Assembly (NCBI GenBank): GCA_964016885.1
Contig: OZ024748.1
Coordinates: 124,001-188,000, forward strand
Origin: Eledone cirrhosa
Lineage: Eukaryota
DNA: 64,000 bases
Direction: 5' to 3'
Part shown: piece after piece, positions 1 to 9,658 of the stretch
How the letters are laid out: each line of letters begins with the position of its first letter
Numbering within the stretch: the first letter of the stretch is position 1
The notes under the pieces: model-generated
Seen by the model: the letters and a program-made list of their open reading frames with translations, nothing else
The model's database searches: none
What the model was told of the DNA's origin: nothing
Position numbers and translations under genes: made by a program

Positions 1-319
1 TGTATACCCAGCCCATTGTCATTTGCCACACAGAAAAGCGTATAGCATCGTTCTTTACCCACGATGAATCTAGCAGACCCACCCCTCCACCCTTCTCTTG
101 AATACAACAAACATCGTCCTCCTTACGTTCAAGCATTTCTACAACCTCGTTAGAGCCACCCTATAAGGTGCCTACATTAATGGTACCAACTCTGAAGTTT
201 TGGATTGCGTTTGGAGGTTGGGAGCGGTGGGGAGCGGGGATGGGGTTAGGGTTAGCCATCCGCGGCCGAAACAAAGAGGAGGAGCCCTTGCATTCTCGTC
301 CATGAGGTGGATTTGTCTT

Positions 320-785
320 TATGTATGTATATGTATATATGTGTGTATGTATGTATATGTATATATGAGTGTATATGTGTATATGTATGTATATGTATGT
401 GTATGTATGTGTATATATGTGTATATGTATGTGTTTGTATATATGTGTGTGTATGTATATATGTGTGTGTATGTATATATATGTATGTATGTGTATATGT
501 ATGTATATGTATGTATGTGTATATGTATATATGTGTGTATGTATGTATATATGTATGTATGTGTATATATGTATGTATGTATATGTATATATACGTGTGT
601 ATATGTATATATACTTATGTGTATATGCTTATGTATGTGTATGTATGTATATTTATATTATGTATATATATATATCTATGTATGTATATGTATGTATATG
701 TGTATGTATGTGTATGTATGTATGTGTATATATGTATGTATGTATATATATATGTATGTATATGTATGTGTATGTATATGTATAT
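320..785. repeat. Compound (TA)/(TG)/(TATG) microsatellite, one per short linker
   Basis: Nearly pure alternating purine-pyrimidine tract; recurs at ~6191, 32025, 37941, 43857, 51788, 57678 with length variation. Confidence 0.95.
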
Positions 786-1140
786 GGAGGCACATGGCTT
801 AGTGGTTCGAGCATTGGCCTGGCAATCGAAAGGTTGTGAGTTCAATTCTCAGACCGGGTGATGTGTTGTTTCCTTGAGCAAGACACTTTATTTCACATTG
901 CTCCAGTTTACTCAGCTGTAGAAATGAGATGATAGGGACTGGGGTCCATATCATTCCACTGCAAAGTGGTCGTGGAGGTGCCACGGCAAAAAAGCACTCA
1001 GCACTTACTGTAAATGAGGTTGGTGTTAGGAAGGGCATCCAGCTGTAGAAATCAAGCCAGAATCAGTTCCCGTCCCACCCTTGCAAGCAGGGAAAAAGCG
1101 GACTTAAAACGAAATGATGATGATGATGATGATGATGATG
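786..1140 (+). mobile_element. tRNA-derived SINE with RTE-type 3' tail and (ATG)n end
   Basis: A box TGGCTTAGTGG, B-box-like GAGTTCAATTC, central ccttgagcaagacac domain, tail gaagggcatccagctgtagaaa...gcggacttaaa shared with the RTE 3' end at 13080-13240, then (ATG)9. Confidence 0.85.
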
Positions 1141-1191
1141 TATGTATGTATGTGTATATGTATGTATGTATGTATATGTATGTATGTGTAT

Positions 1192-1326
1192 GAGATGCAG
1201 TTTGGTTTTGTGCCGCTGAAAAGTGCAACAGATGCCCTCTTCTTAGTGAGACAACTACAAAAGAGGTTCTTAGAGAAAAATAAGCCACTATACTTAGCTT
1301 TGGACATAGAGAAGGCTTTTGATAGA
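1192..1326 (+). pseudogene. RTE-LINE reverse-transcriptase fragment (every unit; 5'-clipped after long linkers)
   Basis: EMQFGFVPLKSATDALFLVRQLQKRFLEKNKPLYLALDIEKAFDR aligns by eye with EMQFGFVSGKSTTDALFIVRQLQEKY...DLEKAFDR of ORF 13857-15113. Confidence 0.85.
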
Positions 1327-1429
1327 GAACTCTTATAAATGACAACATATATATATGTGTGTGTATATATATGTTTTTTTTAAAACTATATATTTATTAC
1401 TCCCTTAAGCAGAAGAAATATATTCCCAG

Positions 1430-1712
1430 ATATCGAAGATTACCACAATAACTAGGGAGCGGAAATCAATAGATGCTGGACATTGCTGCTGAGGGTAGGA
1501 TGACCTGATGAGCTGGCTCCTGTGGTGGATACCTAAACATAGTAAGAGCCAAGTGGGATGACTGAGGTTCACCTACATACATCAGATGTCTCTGGATCTC
1601 CAGCTGGAGATTAATGATCTCAGGAATGCCATGAAAAATCGTGACATCTAAAAAAGAAGAGTAGAATTGTTCTGGCCAATCCACCTGACCTAATAAACAA
1701 TAATAATATTAA
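1430..1712 (+). pseudogene. Old RTE-like LINE C-terminus with (TAA)-type tail (every unit)
   Basis: Manual translation TTITRERKSIDAGHCC*...LLWWIPKHSKSQVG*LRFTYIHQ...DLRNAMKNRDI*KRRV resembles the RTE-like C-terminal GH...LLW.P.HG...GRP..TY...AM.DR..W pattern; followed by taataaacaataataat. Confidence 0.6.
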
Positions 1713-1786
1713 TATATATTGATGAAAATTAATTATGGTGAAATATCTTAGAAATCATTCTCAGAGGTTTTGTATTGTAATCCACA

Positions 1787-3759
1787 CTTGCTCCTTGTGG
1801 CTTCTGATGCAGACATCATGTCCGCCATCAGGTCCTTCCCAGCTAGCAGCTGCGGAGATGTTGATGGTCTCTGACCAGGCCTCCTCAAGGAGTTGATATC
1901 TCCCCTCTCCGCTGAGGCCGGGCGCCGCCTTCTGAGTGCAATTGTGGCGCTCACCAATAGGCTCATCCATGGCGCCCTGGACTCTTATGCTCGAGGCCTC
2001 TTTTTTTTGGCCAGCCTCACCGCTCTCAGGAAGAAAGAGGATGGCATACGCCCCATTGCTGTGGGCAATGTCTTCCGGAGGCTGGCTGCCAAGGTAATCT
2101 GCAAGTCCGTAACACTCGGAACCGGCATCCAGGGCCTCCAGCCACCTCATTGTCAAGTTTGACATGAGGAATGCCTTCAACTCTTTACGCTGGGATCATC
2201 TGCTCGAGGCCTGCCTCAGCCGAGCCCCCTCTGCCTACCTGTCATATGGAGCCCCAAGCATGCGCCATGCTGCTGATACGGTCATACCCTTGGCTACTGG
2301 GATCCAACAGGGCAACCCTTTGGGACCCCTCCTGTTCACCCTTGGTATTGACCACATCGCCTGGAGTATAACGGCCCCTCTCAACGTTTGGTATCTGGAT
2401 GATGCTACTTTGGGTGGGCCCGTACAGGCGGTCTGCCATGACCTTCAATCGGTGGTTCCTGCCCTGGCGGGAATCGACCTCCAGGTCAACTCAGCCAAGT
2501 CGGAGGTGGTGAATGTCAGCCTCGATGCTGCAAGCTTTGCAGTCTCCGTCTTGGACGTGCGGTCCATTCTCCGCCAGGTTCAGGTGACCCCCCAAAGAGG
2601 ATGCCCTCACCGATCCACCCGCCGGCCATCCGCTCCTCCATCAAGTCCAGACTCTCACGAGCCGACTGGGCTTGATTGATGCCCACCCAGTTCTCTTTCT
2701 GCTGAGGAACTGCTACGCCATGCCGAAGCTCCTCTATACACTCTGTGCTACACCTAAACTTGTATCCGAGCAGCAGCCGATGAGATATGCAACTTTACCT
2801 GTCAGGTATGGCGGCCTTCGCCTCCAGTCCCCGATCTCACTAGCTTTGCCGGCATATCTTTCGTCGGTAACCTCGTACCACGTCCTCCTCAGCAGGGTTC
2901 TTCAAAACACAACAGAACCCTCTGTGTTCAGAGAACGCGTCGCCGCCTGTGAGACGTGGGACCGGCTGGGACTTAGCCCAGTAGACGTTCCTCCTCCTTC
3001 TCCCCCTGTTGACGTCAAGTCCCCCCCAACACACTTGGGATGCCATCCAGTGCAGCCTGGCCTCAGACAGGCTCACGTGCCAGCTCGACCAGCACCGCCT
3101 TGTTTGTTTTCGTGCAGCCTCCAAACCCCACAGTGGGGCCTGGCTCCATGCCCTGCCCTCCTTCTCCACTCGCACGCAGCTAGACAACAATAGCTTGCGC
3201 ATCGGCGTTTCCCTGAGGCTCGGCCTCACACCAATGTCGCTGCCGTTCCACCATGGACTCTTTCGGCCTCCACCCGCAATCCACGCCATGCTGCCCTCAA
3301 CGAAGTCATTAAGCATGGCTTGGACGCTGCAGGCTTCCCTTCCCAGCTCGAGGGGACGGCAAAAGGCTAGATGGCATGACCATCTTCCCGTTCCGCGGTG
3401 GCAAACCCCTCGTCTGGGATGCCACTTGCACCGACACTTTCTGCAGCCGCAACCTGGTGCAGTCTGCGACTGGCCCAGGTTCTGCTGCACGTCAGGCTGA
3501 GGGGGCCAAACTCCTCACATATCGTTCACTCTCCGACAGGTTTGCGGTCGTACCCCTGGAAGTGGAGACTTCTGGTGTCCTCGGCCCCAGGGCTACCTCC
3601 TTACTCACCACCATAGGCGCTGAGCTGGCCAGCCGCAGGTGTGAGCCCCGCGAGTTGGAGTGGCTTTTCCAGCGCGTCTCCCTTGTCGTGCTCCGGGGAA
3701 ACGCCTTCTCCATTCTGTCCGCCGGGGCTGTGGGTGGGTCCCATCGCGTACCGTTATGA
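1787..3759 (+). mobile_element. Degenerate 5'-truncated CRE-clade RLE non-LTR retrotransposon, copy 1
   Basis: Motifs across shifting frames: IRSFP..DGL*P, KKEDGIRPIAVGNVFRRL, VKFDMRNAFNS, GIQQGNPLGPLLF, WYLDDATL, LPVRYGGL, SGAWLHALP, DGMTIFPFRGGKPLVWDAT, AEGAKLLTY, VETSG, FQRVSLVVLRGNA. This copy also has a 26-bp deletion through the zinc knuckle. Confidence 0.88.
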
Positions 3760-4396
3760 ATGTATACAAAACAACTAAATCTCTTAAATAACTTCACTTA
3801 TATCCAAAACATGATTTGTATATACATCAACAGTGACTCATTATTATACGCCAGTCACGACCCCACTGCAAAAACGATATCTATATAACAACCCCACCGT
3901 AAAACTACTCTTCCCCACTTTACAAACACTTTATATTATTTGTCATTAAGGTTTCTTAAAATAAATATATATACGTATGTGTAGTAATTAGTACGGAGAC
4001 TGAGAGAGAAGGGGCGAGTGTGTCTTCATGGAGGGCACATGGGACCAGCAAAGCCCTAAAAGTAGAGACCAGTAAATGAGATAAGGTCCTAGCTATGTTA
4101 AGAATATAAATAAGAAACATGTTCTATACATTTAAGAAGACAAGAGAAACATGTTCTAAACATTTAAGAAATAATTATTTACCTCTTTCATGTCGGTAAT
4201 ATAGCGGTGTTATAAAACTAATTATAACGACCGGTGTTAAAATAGAGAGAGATAGACAGATAAATGTGTGTCACACTCTCACCCTCTCTTTAAATCTTTT
4301 ACACTATCTAACTCGTACTTCTCACACTCTCTTTAAATCTTTTACTCTATCTACCTCTCATTTCTATCTGTGTATGTATGTATGTATCTGTCTATG

Positions 4397-4450
4397 TGTA
4401 ACTCGGTGTACTGGAGCAATATGAAGTGAAGTGTCTTGCTCAAGAAGACA
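4397..4450 (-). mobile_element. Fragment of the SINE central domain (every core)
   Basis: Reverse complement reads ttgagcaagacacttcacttcatattgctccagt, matching 873-906. Confidence 0.7.
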
Positions 4451-4753
4451 TTTTGTGGAGTTATATCATCGTTTCTTGTTATAAAGCTACTTATACTACC
4501 GGCGTAACAGTGGCTATAGGTGATAGATGTAGAAATAAAAGGCTGTAACAGCGATATAAATATAGATGAAATAGTTTACCACGAGACTAAGAATGAATGT
4601 TTAATGGAATTAAGTGTAATCTAATAGGAAATAAGAGGCTAGAGCAGCGAAATGTTTACGTAAAATAAAAGAACAACAAACAAGAGTGCAACATTGAAAT
4701 TTTTGTTTTTTTTTGTCGATATAAGCGTTATTTTATGCGCGATTTGCCTTGCT

Positions 4754-4866
4754 GCCGGCGCTGCTCAGTCAGTAGCAGCCCCGCTTACGAAGTTCAGGAG
4801 CCAACGACTTTACATGGTTCGAATCTCACCCTCTCCGCTCTTGTCGAGTTATCTCCTACTCTTTTT
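4754..4866 (+). other. tRNA-like Pol III A/B-box segment, not a foldable tRNA (9 copies)
   Basis: GCCGGCG(C/T)TGCTCAGTCAGTAGCAGC (A-box/D-arm-like), GGTTCGAATC at 4816-4825, T5 at 4862-4866. Other copies start at 10674, 20735, 30570, 36492, 42408, 48324, 56229, 62162. Confidence 0.45.
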
Positions 4867-4912
4867 ACTTAGTTCCAGGTCATTAAAATAGAGCAAAGAG
4901 GGCGCTGCGATC

Positions 4913-5089
4913 GGCATATGCACTGGCTACAATGTTGAACTTTGGTACTGACTGCGTAGTTGAACGTTCCACATACCAACCGCCCAACTGGCCAGTCAAC
5001 CGCATATGCGGCTGGCTGGCCGGTTGGGTAGTTGGCATATGTACTGGCTACCATGCTGAACATTGTACTGACTGTCAAGTTGAACGTTC
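4913..5089. repeat. 60-bp imperfect palindrome (4976-5035) between ~57-bp direct repeats (9 copies)
   Basis: CCAACCGCCCAACTGGCCAGTCAACCGCAT/ATGCGGCTGGCTGGCCGGTTGGGTAGTTGG: 25 of 30 positions are Watson-Crick. Direct repeats ggcatatg...gaacgttc lie at 4913-4969 and 5034-5089. Confidence 0.9.
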
Positions 5090-5607
5090 TAACCCTCTCT
5101 TTACATCTATTACTCTATCTACCGCTTATTTCTCCCCCTCTCTTTACTTCTATAACTCTATCTCCCACTCTCTTTACATCTATTACAGTGTCTCCCTGTA
5201 TATATACACGTATATATGCACTAGATTTTATAAGAAATCTACGTAATAATATAATTAACAATAGTTGATGAATTAGACCAGAGTTAATTAAACAATAAAT
5301 ATGAATGAAATAGCAGTAGATGGCGAAACTTGAGTGTTGTGTGTGCATACATATATATGAGGTAAACTGGTTCAAATACTGTCAGGATTATATTGGATCA
5401 AAGACTGTATTAAATAGAAAGTAAAAAATGAAGTGAAAATATAAAAACAAACTGAAAATTTCCCCATCCCTAGAAAAATTCATATCTTGTTATATATAGA
5501 TAATTGGCGCTTTAAATTGAATAAATATTCATTTATATATATATATATATGTATATATATATGTACACTGATATATATGTGTGTATATATATATGTGTAT
5601 ATATATA

Positions 5608-5642
<35 letters not shown>

Positions 5643-5646
5643 ACTT

Positions 5647-6190
5647 CATCATACGTCCGCTTTTCCATGCTTGCAAGGGTGGGGTGGGAGCTGATTCTGG
5701 ATTGGTTTCTACAGCTGGGTGCCCTTCCTGACGCCAACCCCGTTTGCAGTGAGTGCTGGGTGCTTTTTTTTTTCCGTGGCACCTCCACGTCAGCTTTACA
5801 GTGTGGGCTGGGTGCTTTTTGGCCGCGGCGCCTCCACGACCACTTTGCGGTGGGGCGGTGGGGTGGTATGTGTATACCCAGCGCATTGTCATTTGCCACA
5901 CAGAAAAGCGTATAGCATCGTTCTTTACCCACGATGAATCTAGCAGACCCACCCCTCCACCTGGTCTCTTGAATACAACAAACATCGTCCTCCTTACGTT
6001 CAAGCATTTCTACAACCTCGTTAGAGCCACCCTATAAGGTGCCTACATTAATGGTACCAACTCTGAAGTTTTGGATTGCGTTTGGAGGTTGGGAGCGGTG
6101 GGGAGCGGGGATGGGGTTAGGGTTAGCCATCCGCGGCCGAAACAAAGAGGAGGAGCCCTTGCATTCTCGTCCATGAGGTGGATTTGTCTT
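5647..6190 (-). mobile_element. Internally deleted RTE derivative: 5' region and AP-endonuclease N-terminus joined to the RTE/SINE 3' tail
   Basis: Minus strand reads VGTINVGTL*...[29 protein letters not shown] (APE N-terminus), then directly the gaagggcacccagctgtagaaa...gcggacg tail. Copies: 1-319 (partial), 31481-32024, 37397-37940, 43313-43856, 49229-51787 (split by LTR element), 57134-57677; clipped at 11577, 21636, 63061. Confidence 0.75.
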
Positions 6191-6660
6191 TATGTATGTA
6201 TATGTATATATGTGTGTATGTATGTATATGTATATATGAGTGTATATGTGTATATGTATGTATATGTATGTGTATGTATGTGTATATATGTGTATATGTA
6301 TGTGTTTGTATATATGTGTGTGTATGTATATATGTGTGTGTATGTATATATATATATGTATGTATGTGTATATGTATGTATATGTATGTATGTGTATATG
6401 TATATATGTGTGTATGTATGTATATATGTATGTATGTGTATATATGTATGTATGTATATGTATATATACGTGTGTATATGTATATATACTTATGTGTATA
6501 CGCTTATGTATGTGTATGTATGTATATTTATATTATGTATATATATATATCTATGTATGTATATGTATGTATATGTGTATGTATGTGTATGTATGTATGT
6601 GTATATATGTATGTATGTATATATATATGTATGTATATGTATGTGTATGTATATGTATAT

Positions 6661-7015
6661 GGAGGCACATGGCTTAGTGGTTCGAGCATTGGCCTGGCAA
6701 TCGAAAGGTTGTGAGTTCAATTCTCAGACCGGGTGATGTGTTGTTTCCTTGAGCAAGACACTTTATTTCACATTGCTCCAGTTTACTCAGCTGTAGAAAT
6801 GAGATGATAGGGACTGGGGTCCATATCATTCCACTGCAAAGTGGTCGTGGAGGTGCCACGGCAAAAAAGCACTCAGCACTTACTGTAAATGAGGTTGGTG
6901 TTAGGAAGGGCATCCAGCTGTAGAAATCAAGCCAGAATCAGTTCCCGTCCCACCCTTGCAAGCAGGGAAAAAGCGGACTTAAAACGAAATGATGATGATG
7001 ATGATGATGATGATG
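6661..7015 (+). mobile_element. tRNA-derived SINE (array copy)
   Basis: Same sequence as 786-1140. Confidence 0.85.
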
Positions 7016-7661
7016 TATGTATGTATGTGTATATGTATGTATGTATGTATATGTATGTATGTGTATGAGATGCAGTTTGGTTTTGTGTCGCTGAAAAGTG
7101 CAACAGATGCCCTCTTCTTAGTGAGACAACTACAAAAGAGGTTCTTAGAGAAAAATAAGCCACTATACTTAGCTTTGGACATAGAGAAGGCTTTTGATAG
7201 AGAACTCTTATAAATGACAACATATATATATGTGTGTGTATATATATGTTTTTTTTAAAACTATATATTTATTACTCCCTTAAGCAGAAGAAATATATTC
7301 CCAGATATCGAAGATTACCACAATAACTAGGGAGCGGAAATCAATAGATGCTGGACATTGCTGCTGAGGGTAGGATGACCTGATGAGCTGGCTCCTGTGG
7401 TGGATACCTAAACATAGTAAGACCCAAGTGGGATGACTGAGGTTCACCTACATACATCAGATGTCTCTGGATCTCCAGCTGGAGATTAATGATCTCAGGA
7501 ATGCCATGAAAAATCGTGACATCTAAAAAAGAAGAGTAGAATTGTTCTGGCCAATCCACCTGACCTAATAAACAATAATAATATTAATATATATTGATGA
7601 AAATTAATTATGGTGAAATATCTTAGAAATCATTCTCAGAGGTTTTGTATTGTAATCCACA

Positions 7662-9658
7662 CTTGCTCCTTGTGGCTTCTGATGCAGACATCATGTCCGC
7701 CATCAGGTCCTTCCCAGCTAGCAGCTGCGGTGATGTTGATGGTCTCTGACCAGGCCTCCTCAAGGAGTTGATATCTCCCCTCTCCGCTGAGGCCGGGCGC
7801 CACCTTCTGAGTGCAATTGTGGCGCTCACCAATAGGCTCATCCATGGCGCCCTGGACTCTTATGCTCGAGGCCTCTTTTTTTCAGCCAGCTTCACCGCTC
7901 TCAGGAAGAAAGAGGGTGGCATACGCCCCATTGCTGTGGGCAATGTCTTCCGGAGGCTGGCTGCCAAGGTAACCTGCAAGTCCGTAACACTCGGAACCGG
8001 CATCCAGGGACTCCAGCCACCTCATTGTCAAGTTTGACATGAGGAATGCCTTCAACTCTTTACGCTGGGATCATCTGCTCGAGGCCTGCCTCAGCCGAGC
8101 CCCCTCTGCCTAGCTGTCATATGGAGCCCCGAGCATGCGACATGCTGCTGATGCGGTCATACCCTTGGCTACTGGGATCCAACAGGGCAACCCTTTGGGA
8201 CCCCTCCTGTTCACCCTTGGTATTGACCACATCGCCCGGAGTATAACGGCCCCTCTCAACGTTTGGTATCTGGATGATGCTACTTTGGGTGGGCCCGTAC
8301 AGGCGGTCTGCCATGACCTTCAATCGGTGGTTCCTGCCCTGGCGGGAATCGACCTCCAGGTCAACTCAGCCTAGTCGGAGGTGGTGAATGTCAGCCTCGA
8401 TGCTGCAAGCTTTGCAGTCTCCGTCTTGGACGTGCGGTCCATTCTCCGCCAGGTTCAGGTGACCCCCAAAGAGGATGCCCTCACCGATCCACCCGCCGGC
8501 CATCCGCTCCACCATCAAGTTCAGACTCTCACGAGCCGACTGGGCTTGATTGATGGCCACCCAGTTCTCTTTCTGCTGAGGAACTGCTACGCCATGCCGA
8601 AGCTCCTCTATACACGCTGTGCTACACCCAGACTTGTATCCGAGCAGCAGCCGATGAGATATGCAACTTTACCTATCAGGTATGGCGACCTTCGCCTCCA
8701 GTCCCCGATCTCACTAGCTTTGCCGGCGTATCTTTCGTCGGTAACCTCGTACCACGTCCATCTCAGCAGGGTTCTTCAAAACACAACAGAACCCTCTCTG
8801 TTCAGAGAACGCGTGGCCGCCTGTGAGACGTGGCACCGGCTGGGACTTAGCCCAGTAGACGTTCCTCCTCCTTCTCCCCCTGTTGACGTCAAGTCCCCCC
8901 AACACACTTGGGATGCCATCCAGTGCAGCCTGGCCTCAGACAGGCTCACGTGCCAGCTCGACCAGCACCGCCTTGTTTGTTTTCGTGCGGCCTCCAAACC
9001 CCACAGTGGGGCCTGGCTCCATGCCCTGCCCTCCTTCTCCACTCGCACGCAGCTAGACAACCATAGCTTGCGCATCGGCGTTTCCCTGAGGCTCGGCCTC
9101 ACACCAATGTCGCTGCCGTTCCACCATGGACTCTTTCGGCCTCCACCCGCTTTCCTGTCGCCACAGTGCCAGCCGCAATCCACGCCATGCTGCCCTCAAC
9201 GAAATCATTAAGCATGGCTTGGACGCTGCAGGCTTCCCTTCCCAGCTCGAGGGGACGGCAAAAGGCCAGATGGCATGACCATCTTCCCGTTCCGCGGTGG
9301 CAAACCCCTCGTCTGGGATGCCACTTGCACCGACACTTTCTGCAGCCGCAACCTGGTGCAGTCTGCGACTGGCCCAGGTTCTGCTGCACGTCAGGCTGAG
9401 AGGGCCAAACTCCTCACATATCGTTCACTCTCCGACAGGTTTGCGGTCGTACCCCTGGAAGTGGAGACTTCTGGTGTCCTCGACCCCAGGGCTACCTCCT
9501 TACTCACCACCATAGGCGCTGAGCTGGCCAGTCGCAGGTGTGAGCCCCGCGAGTTGGAGTGGCTTTTCCAGCGCGTCTCCCTTGCCGTGCTCCGGGGAAA
9601 CGCCTTCTCCATTCTGTCCGCCGGGGCTGTGGGTGGGCCCCATCGCGTACCGTTATAG
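7662..9658 (+). mobile_element. Degenerate CRE-clade retrotransposon, copy 2 (haplotype B, keeps RPDG)
   Basis: Same motifs; CRC-x8-H-x3-C knuckle followed by RHAALNE; endonuclease reads DGKRPDG; extra in-frame TAG stops. Confidence 0.88.

Noticed and set aside
241-255. Telomeric repeat array
   Set aside because: Only about two TTAGGG-like units, inside an RTE 5' region.
200-861. Long Y/V/C/M/I-rich ORFs and their array copies
   Set aside because: Translations of the (TA/TG) microsatellite, open in all frames because the tract lacks stops.
1505-1511. CTGATGA hammerhead ribozyme core
   Set aside because: No stem II or downstream GAAA, and it lies within a decayed LINE coding frame.
1787-3759. 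Functional or domesticated RT, retron, or group II intron
   Set aside because: All copies share a stop, frameshifts and deletions, and the C-terminal CCHC + RLE marks a non-LTR retrotransposon.
3760-4720. SL-RNA, snRNA or 5S target gene of the CRE element (Sm-like AATTTTTG at ~4698)
   Set aside because: No recognisable U1/U2/5S/SL sequence or flanking stems, the motif runs into poly-T, and no TSD was found around the element. An Rfam scan would settle it.
4754-4840. Bona fide tRNA gene
   Set aside because: Acceptor and anticodon stems do not pair.
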